The translations under genes and the position numbers were made by a program. A stretch of DNA of 64,000 nt from Cyclobacteriaceae bacterium (lineage in GTDB: Bacteria > Bacteroidota > Bacteroidia > Cytophagales > Cyclobacteriaceae), in the NCBI GenBank assembly GCA_965227155.1, contig OZ245731.1, forward strand, positions 2,166,624 to 2,230,623. Direction: 5' to 3'. Shown piece after piece: positions 9,438 to 18,614 of this stretch (position 1 is its first letter; each line of letters starts with the position of its first letter). The notes under the pieces were generated by a model. That model saw only the letters and a list, made by a program, of their open reading frames with translations, did no database searches and was not told the origin of the DNA.

Positions 9438-9529
9438 CTAAAATGAATATGCGAACTTAGCACTTTCATAGAGCAATGCGAAAAGGAAACCTTAATGCGT
9501 CTAGCAACTGGGGCGCATACTCATTTTAG
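9438..9529. repeat. 16-bp inverted repeat enclosing 60 nt (MITE-like element or structured RNA)
   Basis: CTAAAATGAATATGCG (9438-9453) pairs with CGCATACTCATTTTAG (9514-9529), 15 of 16 complementary. The motif CTAAAATG also occurs at 9411-9418, overlapping the DUF4411 stop codon. Confidence 0.6.
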
Positions 9530-9567
9530 TTGGATGTTGTACTTCATTATGCCCAAAAAATTATCAA

Positions 9568-10359
9568 GTGATAAACTTCTTTAGAAAAATTAGACAGAAA
9601 ATGCTGTCTGAAAATACTTTCAGCAAATACCTAATTTATGCTATTGGGGAAATTGTTCTTGTGGTTATCGGAATATTGATTGCACTTTCAATTAACAATT
9701 GGAATGAGAATAGTAAAGAACGAGTCATTGAGAAAAGCTATTTAAAACGTCTTTCATTAGACCTTAAGGAAAACAAAACACTTTGGGAAAAAACACTAGA
9801 TCGTAAGGAAAATCAGCTAACAGCTGCTTATGTCTTTTTAAATTTTCATTTTAGTGAAAATCAAGATACGATCCTTAATATCTTACCTCATTTCCAAAAA
9901 TTAGCCACCTGGCAAGACATTAATATCAATCAGGTCACTTTTAATGAAATGGTGAGTAGTGGTAACTTAAATATTATTAAAAATGATTCTATCAAAATTA
10001 AATTGTTGAATCTGGATAAGCTTTATAAGGCTATTTTGAATAATCAAGATTTGATTAAAACCGAGTATAAAGTTCTATTACATGAGCCAACAATGAATAT
10101 CATAAATACAAGTAATGCTTATGTTTTAGATCCAGAACAAAGAAGACATATTCAGCGTGAATTTTCTGAAGACGATATAAATGTTTATACAAATCAATTT
10201 CTAAAAGACCTGACAACCTTAATCAATGATAAAGTTTTTATAAATGGAGTTACAGGTATTATTTATAATGCTGAATATCGATTTAAGGAATTTAACCAGG
10301 CTATAGATGAGGTGACTGAATTGATAGCATTGATTGATGAAGAAATTGATAAGAATTGA
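9568..10359 (+). CDS. single-pass membrane protein of unknown function (DUF6090-like)
   Basis: GTG start. The N-terminus MINFFRKIRQKMLSENTFSKYLIYAIGEIVLVVIGILIALSINNWNE matches a recurrent Bacteroidota hypothetical-protein family. The rest is predicted helical and very AT-rich. Confidence 0.75.
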   Translation: MINFFRKIRQKMLSENTFSKYLIYAIGEIVLVVIGILIALSINNWNENSKERVIEKSYLKRLSLDLKENKTLWEKTLDRKENQLTAAYVFLNFHFSENQDTILNILPHFQKLATWQDININQVTFNEMVSSGNLNIIKNDSIKIKLLNLDKLYKAILNNQDLIKTEYKVLLHEPTMNIINTSNAYVLDPEQRRHIQREFSEDDINVYTNQFLKDLTTLINDKVFINGVTGIIYNAEYRFKEFNQAIDEVTELIALIDEEIDKN

Positions 10360-10391
10360 CGAAAGCACAATAATGTATGATCACAATTTCA

Positions 10392-10430
10392 CTCATCCTC
10401 TGAGTGCTTAAAGGAGGTCCTGAGGAGGTG
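10392..10430. repeat. right copy of the islet-bracketing inverted repeat
   Basis: CTCATCCTCTGAGTGCTTAAAGGAGGTCCTGAGGAGGTG; see the left copy at 7195-7234. It lies 33 nt after the stop of the 263-aa gene and 12 nt before the DUF721 stop. Confidence 0.6.
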
Positions 10431-10441
10431 TTAATGAATGA

Positions 10442-10738
10442 TCACTGAAAGATAATATCCTCCACAGCATCGGCCCCAAACTCCTGGCGCAAAATTGTGA
10501 GCACCTTGGTTTTGGACATCTGAAGCTCTTGTTTTAGCGGCGCGGAGTTGAGCTTTACAAACAGTTTTTTATCGTGGAAATAAACCTGGGTTGTTCTGTT
10601 GGCGATGGGCTTACCCATCAATCTGCCCCAGGCATTCACCATTTCGGTTTCGGTGTATTTCTGCTGTAGCCTGTAGGACTGCAATAATTTTTGCATAGCC
10701 TCTTTAAGCGTCTGGGTGTCATTATTTCTAGCCATCAA
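10442..10738 (-). CDS. DUF721 (DciA-type) domain protein
   Basis: 98 aa immediately downstream of recF, which is conserved recF-DUF721 synteny. The pattern ...WGRLMGKPIANRTTQVYFHDKKLFVKLNSAPLKQEL is typical of the family. Confidence 0.85.
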   Translation of the reverse strand: MMARNNDTQTLKEAMQKLLQSYRLQQKYTETEMVNAWGRLMGKPIANRTTQVYFHDKKLFVKLNSAPLKQELQMSKTKVLTILRQEFGADAVEDIIFQ

Positions 10739-10771
10739 TGGTGAAATTAGAAAGATTTTGGCAGAAGCATT

Positions 10772-11872
10772 TTAATCTGCTTCGATCAATCCCTGGTTTA
10801 CTTTAAAAAAAGAAACATCAGACCTGTTCCCAAATATGGTGCGTGTGCGTTCGGGCCGGGCATCAGTAATAAACAGCTGGCCAAACTCCTCGGTACAGAC
10901 CAGGTCTGTCAGTATTGCGATACGATCATCGTCCAGCTTATCGAAGATGTCATCCATAAGCAGGATCGGTTTGAAAGCTTTTACCTGCTTGATGATGTCA
11001 AATTGAGCAAGCTTGAGGGCAATCACAAATGACTTCTGTTGTCCCTGGGAGCCGAATTTTTTGATGGGCCTTGCTTCAAATTCAAACAGATAGTCATCAC
11101 GATGGATACCATAAATAGTGCGCTGCTTCATGATATCATCCTCTCGTGACCTTTTGAATTTTTGCTCAAAGTCAGATTGCAATACCCTCGATTGGTAGAC
11201 GATGGCGGTCTGCTCAGAACCCTGGCTGAGCTGATGGTAATAGGGATCAAAGAACCCACTAAATTCCTCGATAAAAGCTTTGCGATGCGCTGCAATTTTA
11301 TGATTGATAGGCAAAATGGATTCATCGTAAGTGTCCAGTAGTGCATAACTTTTGGATCGACCGGCAGCTATCTGTTTCAAAAGTGCATTGCGCTGGCGCA
11401 GCAAGTTGTTGTATTTGATCAGCAGTTCGAGATATTCTTTACGACATTGGGAGAGCACCATGTCGAAATATTTTCTACGGGTTTCACTGCTGTCCCTGAT
11501 CAGGTCAGTATCGTAAGGTGTAATCAGCACTACGGGTAGTAGGCCTATGTGATCGCTTAGTTTGTCATAGGGTTGGTTATTCCACTTCACCACTTTCTTT
11601 TGCCCCTGCTGAAAGCTGCACTGCAGTTTGATGGATTTGGCATTCAAATCAAATGATGAAATGATTGAGAAAAAGTCCTGACTATGCCGAACATTCATCT
11701 GATCAACGGCATTGAAGGCACTTTTGGTGAATGACAAATAATAGATGCCATCTAAAAAATTGGTTTTGCCACTACCATTTTTTCCAATCAGGCAATTCAC
11801 TCCAGGGTTGCATTCTACCGAGAGATCCTCAAAGTTTTTGAAGTTGATGAGCTTGATTTTTTGAATGTGCAT
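10772..11872 (-). CDS. recF: DNA replication/repair protein RecF
   Basis: N-terminal IKLINFKNF...GKNGSGKTN Walker A and an SMC-like C-terminal LLMDDIFDKLD Walker B region. Confidence 0.95.
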   Translation of the reverse strand: MHIQKIKLINFKNFEDLSVECNPGVNCLIGKNGSGKTNFLDGIYYLSFTKSAFNAVDQMNVRHSQDFFSIISSFDLNAKSIKLQCSFQQGQKKVVKWNNQPYDKLSDHIGLLPVVLITPYDTDLIRDSSETRRKYFDMVLSQCRKEYLELLIKYNNLLRQRNALLKQIAAGRSKSYALLDTYDESILPINHKIAAHRKAFIEEFSGFFDPYYHQLSQGSEQTAIVYQSRVLQSDFEQKFKRSREDDIMKQRTIYGIHRDDYLFEFEARPIKKFGSQGQQKSFVIALKLAQFDIIKQVKAFKPILLMDDIFDKLDDDRIAILTDLVCTEEFGQLFITDARPERTRTIFGNRSDVSFFKVNQGLIEAD

Positions 11873-11963
11873 TAATTTGTCGGCTGAAGCGTTTTTCTTT
11901 ATTTTCGCACTTCTCTCGTAGGCCCAAAATTAACAAAGATGGGTCTACTTAATCCTTGAAAAG

Positions 11964-12995
11964 ATGGCAACAACAAAAAGCAAGAAAAATACTACGGCTA
12001 AGAAAAAGGACGATTTCTCAAAAGAGACCTACATGCAATGGTTTGAGTCAATGACCATGATGAGAAGGTTTGAGGAAATGGCTGGTAGATTATATGGCCA
12101 GCAGAAAATCCGTGGCTTTTGTCATTTATATATTGGGCAGGAAGCCTGCGTGGCAGGTGCAGTTTCTGCTTTGAAAAAAGGAGACAAGTACATCACGGCT
12201 TACCGCGATCATGCCCATCCCCTTGGATTAGGTACAGACCCTAAGCATGTGATGGCTGAGCTTTTCGGCAAGATTACCGGCGTTTCCAAAGGTAAGGGTG
12301 GCTCTATGCACATGTTTGATGTGGAAAGAGGTTTTTACGGCGGCCATGGTATAGTAGGTGGACAGATTCCTTTAGGTGCCGGTCTGGCAATGGCAGAGCA
12401 ATACAAAGGCACAGACAATTTGTGCATTACCTATATGGGTGATGGAGCTGTTCGTCAGGGAGCATTTCATGAAACCCTGAATATGGCCATGACCATGAAA
12501 CTGCCTTGCATCTTTGCCATCGAAAATAATGGCTATGCCATGGGTACAGCAGTGAAGCGATCATCTAATGTACACGAGCTTTACACGCTAGCAGAAGCGT
12601 ATGATATGCCTTCAGCACCAGTAGATGCCATGTCTGTTATCGAAGTGCACCATGCAGTAGCTGAAGCAGCAGAAAGAGCCAGAAAAGGTGAGGGCCCTAC
12701 TTTATTGGAATTCAGAACCTACAGATATAAAGGGCACTCCATGTCTGACCCTGCAAAATACCGAACCAGGGAAGAGGTGGAAGACTACAAAAGCAAAGAT
12801 CCAATCGAGCAGGTGAAAAGTGCCATTCTTGAAAAGAAAATGGCTACTGCCGAGGAGTTGGATGAGATAGATAAAAGAATAAAAGAGGAAGTAAAAGAAG
12901 CGGTAGATTTCGCAGATGAGTCACCTTATCCATCAGCTGATGAGGCGCTTAAAGATGTGTATGTTGATACGGACTATCCATTTATTCTCGAATAA
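11964..12995 (+). CDS. pdhA: pyruvate dehydrogenase (acetyl-transferring) E1 component, alpha subunit
   Basis: TPP-binding YMGDGAVRQGAFHE motif and the YRYKGHSMSDP loop. No E1-beta gene is adjacent. Confidence 0.93.
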   Translation: MATTKSKKNTTAKKKDDFSKETYMQWFESMTMMRRFEEMAGRLYGQQKIRGFCHLYIGQEACVAGAVSALKKGDKYITAYRDHAHPLGLGTDPKHVMAELFGKITGVSKGKGGSMHMFDVERGFYGGHGIVGGQIPLGAGLAMAEQYKGTDNLCITYMGDGAVRQGAFHETLNMAMTMKLPCIFAIENNGYAMGTAVKRSSNVHELYTLAEAYDMPSAPVDAMSVIEVHHAVAEAAERARKGEGPTLLEFRTYRYKGHSMSDPAKYRTREEVEDYKSKDPIEQVKSAILEKKMATAEELDEIDKRIKEEVKEAVDFADESPYPSADEALKDVYVDTDYPFILE

Positions 12996-13030
12996 TAATT
13001 ATCCAATTTTAGAAATCTCATTATTTACTG

Positions 13031-13038
13031 TAGCTTTG
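13031..13038 (+). promoter_or_regulatory. -7 promoter box TAgcTTTG
   Basis: TAnnTTTG match 19 nt upstream of ATG 13058. Confidence 0.35.
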
Positions 13039-13057
13039 CAGCCTTAAATTGTGAAGA

Positions 13058-13768
13058 ATGGCTAAGACAAAGAAATCTGCTTCCCAAAAATCAGGCAATG
13101 AGTTGCTCGAAAATCCAGATGCGCTGGCGGAGCAGCTTACCAAAACAGAGGAATTTGTTGAGAAAAACCGTAATATCATTTTCGGTTTAGGTGGATTCAT
13201 TGCTCTAATAGTAGCAGGATTTATCATTTTTAAATACTATACATCTACACAGAACGAAACAGCACAAAGAGAGCTATTTCAGGCGGTGTATTATTTTGAA
13301 GCAGACTCACTGGGCAAAGCGCTAAATGGGGATGGCAATAGCTATGGATTTATTGAAATTATTGACAGCTATAGCTTAACTGAAGCGGCTAACATTGCCA
13401 AGTATTATGCTGGTGCAACCTATATTAAGCTAGGTGATCCTGAATCAGCTATTCGTTATCTTTCAGATTTTAGTGCTGATGACTATTTGGTGCAATCCAG
13501 AGCCTATGCGCTCATTGGTGATGCACACGTTTCTTTGGATCAATACAGTGATGCAATCAGCTTTTACAACAAAGCAATCAATCATTACCCAAATAAAGAA
13601 TTTACTCCAATCTACTTAATGAAAGCTGCCATTACCTATGAGGAAAATGGACAGATTGATGAGGCCCTCGAAGCTTGGACTACCATTACAGAAGAGTATT
13701 TTGAAGCTGCTGAATATCAGGAGGCAGTCAAACATAAAGCTCGTCTGGAAGGCCAGCAAGTGGATTGA
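13058..13768 (+). CDS. membrane-anchored tetratricopeptide-repeat protein
   Basis: One TM segment (IIFGLGGFIALIVAGFIIF) followed by TPR-like helices. It sits upstream of ribH, as in many Bacteroidota. Confidence 0.8.
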   Translation: MAKTKKSASQKSGNELLENPDALAEQLTKTEEFVEKNRNIIFGLGGFIALIVAGFIIFKYYTSTQNETAQRELFQAVYYFEADSLGKALNGDGNSYGFIEIIDSYSLTEAANIAKYYAGATYIKLGDPESAIRYLSDFSADDYLVQSRAYALIGDAHVSLDQYSDAISFYNKAINHYPNKEFTPIYLMKAAITYEENGQIDEALEAWTTITEEYFEAAEYQEAVKHKARLEGQQVD

Positions 13769-13790
13769 TTAAGTGTTTGATTTCACTTGA

Positions 13791-13826
13791 AAGGGGATAA
13801 GGAAAACACTTTATCCCCTTTTTTAT
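13791..13826 (+). terminator. rho-independent terminator
   Basis: 10-bp stem AAGGGGATAA / TTATCCCCTT with a 10-nt loop, followed by TTTTATTT. Confidence 0.8.
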
Positions 13827-13840
13827 TTAAACATTAAAAT

Positions 13841-14317
13841 ATGGCAACTGCAGAAAAAGGACTGGGCAACTTCAGCAATAAAAACAAAGGTTCTATAGCC
13901 GATTATAGGTTTGCAATAGTGGTTTCAGAATGGAATGAAGAGATTACGGAATCTCTATATAATGGAACATACGAAACCCTCATCAATCATGGTGCACAGC
14001 GGGATCATATCATAAGAAAGGATGTTCCGGGTAGCTTTGAGCTTACACTTGCTGCTCAGTGGTTAGCTCAAGAAGATCAAATTGATGCGGTGATTTGTCT
14101 GGGATGCATCATTAAAGGTGAGACAAAGCACGATGAATATATTGCAAATGCAGTAGCACAGGGGGTCACCAATGTTAGTTTGAAATACAATAAGCCGGTA
14201 ATCTTTGGGGTGCTCACCCCGAATACAAAGCAGCAAGCGCTGGATCGGGCTGGAGGGAAATACGGCAATAAAGGCGATGAAGCTGCCATTACTGCCATCA
14301 AAATGCTAAATTTCTAA
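13841..14317 (+). CDS. ribH: 6,7-dimethyl-8-ribityllumazine synthase
   Basis: 158 aa with VPGSFELTLAA and the KHDEYIANAV...GVLT pattern of lumazine synthase. Confidence 0.95.
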   Translation: MATAEKGLGNFSNKNKGSIADYRFAIVVSEWNEEITESLYNGTYETLINHGAQRDHIIRKDVPGSFELTLAAQWLAQEDQIDAVICLGCIIKGETKHDEYIANAVAQGVTNVSLKYNKPVIFGVLTPNTKQQALDRAGGKYGNKGDEAAITAIKMLNF

Positions 14318-14322
14318 TCAAC

Positions 14323-15657
14323 ATGAGTTTTTCAGATCGGGTAGTTTTAAAGTTCGGTGGCACCTCTGTAGGTTCCGCTGCTCGCATGCATGATGTAGCT
14401 ACACTGCTATCATACGAAAAGGCTCCTAAGATTGTAGTGCTGTCTGCCGTTTCCGGTACCACCAATGCACTGGTAGATATCGCAGATGCCTTTCGCCAAA
14501 ATCAGGCTGATTTATTTGAAAAAGTGGAGGTGCTTAAAGCCTCATATAAGCCTTTGGTGGAGGCTTTATACAGCACTGCAGAGGGCAGACAGAAAGGCCA
14601 GCAGCATGTTAATTACTTTTTCGACCAGATCGTCAAAATCCTTAAGCAGCCGTACTTCAATAAAATGGAGAAGGTAATCCTGGCCCAGGGAGAGTTGATT
14701 TCCACTCATCTTTTTTACGAATATTTGATCGAAAAAGGGGTAGATGCCAGCATCGTACCTGCGCTGGATTTCATGTACATAGATGAAAATGGTGAGCCGG
14801 ACCTGCCACTCATTGAGAAGAAGATAACGCAAAGCTTGCAACCGCTCAGGGAAAGAGATGTAATCATCACACAGGGCTACATTTGTCGGAATGTAACCGG
14901 TGGTATTGATAACCTAAGGCGTGGTGGCAGTGATTATACAGCTACCCTCATAGGTGCGGCTATCAAAGCCAGTGAGATTCAGATATGGACCGACATAGAT
15001 GGTGTACATAACAATGATCCCCGTATCGTTGAAAACACCTTTCCAATCAGGCAGCTTTCTTTTGAGGAGGCTGGAGAGCTGGCCTATTTTGGTGCCAAAA
15101 TCCTGCACCCCAATTGTATTTTCCCTGCCCAAAACCGGGATATACCGGTAAGGCTGAAAAACACCATGAAGCCTGACGCTGAGGGCACGTTAATTACCCA
15201 TAAGAAAAATCCTCAGGCCGTAAAAGCTATTGCCGTGAAAGATGGTATTACTGCCATTAAAATCAAATCGACGCGCATGGTGATGGTATATGGTTTCCTT
15301 AGGAAAATTTTTGAGGTATTTGAAAAGTATCGAACACCGGTAGATATGATTACCACCTCCGAAATTGCTGTTTCCCTATCCATCGATAATCCCGAACACC
15401 TTGAGGCTATCATCAGCGAGTTGGCTCCTTATGGTTATATCGAAGTGGATCGTGACCAATCCATAGTATGCATAGTTGGAGATTTTGTGGCTGAAAGAAA
15501 GGGCGTTGGCAAGGATATTTTCAGAGCCATGGAGCACATTCCCATTAGGATGATTTCCTACGGTGGAAGTAAAAATAATATTTCGTTGCTGATCGATACC
15601 AGGCACAAAAAGGAAGCCCTGCTGACCTTAAACAAAGAGCTATTCGGATTAGCCTAA
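14323..15657 (+). CDS. lysC: aspartate kinase
   Basis: N-terminal VLKFGGTSVG motif, the amino-acid kinase fold and C-terminal ACT-like repeats. Confidence 0.93.
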   Translation: MSFSDRVVLKFGGTSVGSAARMHDVATLLSYEKAPKIVVLSAVSGTTNALVDIADAFRQNQADLFEKVEVLKASYKPLVEALYSTAEGRQKGQQHVNYFFDQIVKILKQPYFNKMEKVILAQGELISTHLFYEYLIEKGVDASIVPALDFMYIDENGEPDLPLIEKKITQSLQPLRERDVIITQGYICRNVTGGIDNLRRGGSDYTATLIGAAIKASEIQIWTDIDGVHNNDPRIVENTFPIRQLSFEEAGELAYFGAKILHPNCIFPAQNRDIPVRLKNTMKPDAEGTLITHKKNPQAVKAIAVKDGITAIKIKSTRMVMVYGFLRKIFEVFEKYRTPVDMITTSEIAVSLSIDNPEHLEAIISELAPYGYIEVDRDQSIVCIVGDFVAERKGVGKDIFRAMEHIPIRMISYGGSKNNISLLIDTRHKKEALLTLNKELFGLA

Positions 15658-15728
15658 TGCCAAAAGCATCAATTTAAGACTTTGCTGTGGCCTACTAGTG
15701 GTTAACCTAAAGGAAGAAAAATAATTGG

Positions 15729-17231
15729 TTAAGACCAATAGAAAAATAGTAGCCACACAATTACAAACAAGGGCAACAATATTGGGATTGAAAACCTGAT
15801 AATGTAGCCAAAGAACGATGGCATTTTAATACCTACCTGCTCAGCAATTGACTTTACCATAAAATTTGGTCCATTGCCAATGTATGTCATGGAACCAAAG
15901 AATACAGCCGCTACAGAGATGGCTTTCAGGTTCAGAATACTGTTGGCATAATCACCCTGCGCATAAGCCACCACTTCAGACAAGGTATTAATGCTGGCAC
16001 CTTGTGAGGCCATAGCTGCAGCCAGGAAGTTGATGTAAGTGGGTGCATTATCCAAAAATCCGGATAGCAATCCGGTGCCCCAGTAGAGTGTATTGTGCGT
16101 AATGAGCGCGGCACCAGCATCTGATTTGGCGTAATTTCCAACCAGCTCTAAGGCCGGCATCATGGTAAAGAATATGCCAATGAAAATAAATGCAACCTCC
16201 CTGATGGGTTCAAAATTGAAGTCATTGCCTTCCAATGCATTCTTATCAGCAAACTTGAAAGAAAGAAAAGCACAGCTTAGCATGATGATCTCCCTGATGA
16301 AGGAGAATTTAGCACCATCATAAACTATGGCTGGTACCCATGGGAACACATTGGGGTCAAGGAAAACAGCACCTACTACCAGAGCAAGCCATAAAAAATT
16401 TCGGGATCCTTTTAAACCAATTTCATTGGTGTAATCCGGTTGATCTTCACCAAAGCTGTAATCCGACTTATTGCCTTTATCAACCATGTAAAATATTACA
16501 GCCAGTATAATCAAAGCAAAAGCCCAGGGCACAAGGTTATTGGTTAGGGTCCAGAAAAAGGGTACGCCTTTCAAAAATCCCAGGAACAAAGGAGGGTCAC
16601 CAATGGGTGTCAATGACCCACCGATATTACTCACCATGAAAATAAAAAAGATGATATGGTATGCCTTAATTCTATTTTTATTCAGCCTGATGAAGGGCCT
16701 GATCAATAGCATAGAAGCACCGGTAGTCCCAATAATGTTGGCGATCACTGAGCCAATTAGAAGCAACATAACATTGGCCATGGGCGTGGCCTTTTTGTCT
16801 ACGTTGATCATAATACCGCCTGAGGCTATGAACAGCCCAGCTAGCAGGGAAATAAACTGAACATATTCTGCCAGCGCATGCACCGGCGCATGAAAATTAT
16901 GAAGCTTTAATAAATAATAACCGGTAACCAGTACGCCCAGCGTAACCGCAATGATGGGATAGTTTTTATGCCAGAAATGCTCATAAAACAATGGGCCGGT
17001 AGCGATCATCAACAAAAGCAATACAAAAGGAAAAACCAACCAGGTTGGTGCTGCCGGGTGATCTCCGCCACTTGCTTCTACTGCACTGATGTCTGTTGCG
17101 GCATAGGTATCGACAGCAGCCACCTCTATATTGGAAACAGGTTCTGCAGATATTTCCTTAGCGTCAGCATAATCAATGAAAAAGAAACAGGTCAGTATCC
17201 AGACGCTTAAGGCTATGAATATTTTTTTCAT
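15729..17231 (-). CDS. Na+/H+ antiporter-like permease (ArsB/NhaD superfamily)
   Basis: 500 aa polytopic membrane protein with a signal-like N-terminus. The general resemblance is to NhaD-type or citrate-transporter-fold permeases. Confidence 0.7.
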   Translation of the reverse strand: MKKIFIALSVWILTCFFFIDYADAKEISAEPVSNIEVAAVDTYAATDISAVEASGGDHPAAPTWLVFPFVLLLLMIATGPLFYEHFWHKNYPIIAVTLGVLVTGYYLLKLHNFHAPVHALAEYVQFISLLAGLFIASGGIMINVDKKATPMANVMLLLIGSVIANIIGTTGASMLLIRPFIRLNKNRIKAYHIIFFIFMVSNIGGSLTPIGDPPLFLGFLKGVPFFWTLTNNLVPWAFALIILAVIFYMVDKGNKSDYSFGEDQPDYTNEIGLKGSRNFLWLALVVGAVFLDPNVFPWVPAIVYDGAKFSFIREIIMLSCAFLSFKFADKNALEGNDFNFEPIREVAFIFIGIFFTMMPALELVGNYAKSDAGAALITHNTLYWGTGLLSGFLDNAPTYINFLAAAMASQGASINTLSEVVAYAQGDYANSILNLKAISVAAVFFGSMTYIGNGPNFMVKSIAEQVGIKMPSFFGYIIRFSIPILLPLFVIVWLLFFYWS

Positions 17232-17341
17232 TGAGTTGGGTTGGGTTTTAATCCTTTAATATTACAATTACGCAATTGAAAACCAAATGCATTGTGGAAC
17301 TTCTTCTTTAAATTCTACCAGTGGTAGGCCATTTTACATTT

Positions 17342-18577
17342 TTAAAGCAATTCTTTTAATGCTAGTGTAAATGCCGATTGTGCAAGACCTACCTTCGTCT
17401 TATTGATTTCATTTGTTTTTTGCAATGAACTAAAAATAGTCTGCGAAATATCTGTAAAAATGGCATCATCAGTAAGCTCCCCGTTGCTTTCATTTTGCAT
17501 CAGGTAGGCAAAAGTTCTGGCCATGCCACAATTGGCTATAAAATCAGGAAGCAGACTGATGCTGTTATCAACATATTCCGTAATGGGGCCAAAAAATATC
17601 TCCTTGTCCTTGAAGGGAACATTGGCACCACAAGAAATCACCTCCATCCCCTGGTTTATCATTCTTTCAGCCTGCTCTCTTGATACAAGCCTGGAAGCTG
17701 CCGCCGGTACAAAAATATGTGCGGGCACATCCCATATTTGCTCATTGCATTCTGCAAATGGGATAAGCTTATCAGACACCAGTTTATTGCCTTTTCTATC
17801 ATGAAACAACTGCTTCACTTCATCCAGATCAAAGCCTTCAGGATTGATCAGGCCACCATCCTTATCAATGATTCCGGCAATTTTTACTCCATATTTTGAC
17901 AGGTATAGTGCGGCAGTGGCTCCTACATTCCCCCAGCCTTGTATGATGGCTTTTTTCTCTGTTATGTTTCCTCCCCACAGCTCGTAATAATGCCTTACAG
18001 ATTCTGCTACACCAAAACCAGTGATCATATCTGCTACAGTAAATTTCTTTGGCGATGGGGTCGGCACATAGTTCCAGTCTTCCAGAATCTTGGAAACTCC
18101 CTGCCGCAATCGGCCAATCATATGGATTTTCTTGGGTTTCGCAGGAGCAAAGTGCCCATTGACTATACCTTCTTGAGGATGCCACAGCCCAAAGCTTTCG
18201 GTGATTGGAATTACCTCGTGAATTTCATCAACGTTAAGGTCACCACCAGTACCGTAGTAGTTTTTAAGGATAGGCGATACGGCCTTGTACCATCGCTCAA
18301 GCACATCCTTTTTGCGGGGATCATTGGGGTCAAAATCAATACCGGATTTGGCTCCACCGATTGGGGGTCCCGATACAGTAAATTTAACTTCCATGGTTTT
18401 TGCCAGGGATATTACTTCATCGCGATCCAGGCCCTGCCTCATTCTGGTGCCGCCACCAGCAGCACCGCCTCTCAAGGAGTTGATAACCACCCATCCTTTG
18501 GCCTCAGTTTCAGCATCATGCCATTCAAAAACTATTTCAGGGGCTTTTTCTTCATATTTTTTGAGTAATTCTTTCAT
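17342..18577 (-). CDS. Glu/Leu/Phe/Val dehydrogenase-family enzyme (glutamate dehydrogenase-like)
   Basis: Catalytic Gly-rich/Lys region PPIGGAKSGIDFDP and the Rossmann motif IQGWGNVG. Confidence 0.88.
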   Translation of the reverse strand: MKELLKKYEEKAPEIVFEWHDAETEAKGWVVINSLRGGAAGGGTRMRQGLDRDEVISLAKTMEVKFTVSGPPIGGAKSGIDFDPNDPRKKDVLERWYKAVSPILKNYYGTGGDLNVDEIHEVIPITESFGLWHPQEGIVNGHFAPAKPKKIHMIGRLRQGVSKILEDWNYVPTPSPKKFTVADMITGFGVAESVRHYYELWGGNITEKKAIIQGWGNVGATAALYLSKYGVKIAGIIDKDGGLINPEGFDLDEVKQLFHDRKGNKLVSDKLIPFAECNEQIWDVPAHIFVPAAASRLVSREQAERMINQGMEVISCGANVPFKDKEIFFGPITEYVDNSISLLPDFIANCGMARTFAYLMQNESNGELTDDAIFTDISQTIFSSLQKTNEINKTKVGLAQSAFTLALKELL

Positions 18578-18614
18578 AGATCATCTTCATTTTTGGGTGA
18601 GCCAAAGCTAAAGA

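Noticed and set aside
10424-10436. 13-nt identity GGAGGTGTTAATG shared with 40701-40713 (the start of the kinase-2 repeat array)
   Set aside because: I considered it as evidence that the islet repeat and the regulator-site array are the same mobile repeat family. Similarity does not extend beyond about 16 nt, so it may be chance or a stray GTTAAT site. I did not use it as evidence.
13769-13840. Possible FMN riboswitch upstream of ribH
   Set aside because: The intergenic region is only 72 nt and is mostly occupied by the upstream terminator hairpin, so it is too short for an FMN aptamer.
17939-18568. 209-aa plus-strand ORF, with neighbours, inside the dehydrogenase gene
   Set aside because: It is antisense to a well-supported Glu/Leu/Phe/Val dehydrogenase CDS. 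The translation is low-complexity with no motifs.
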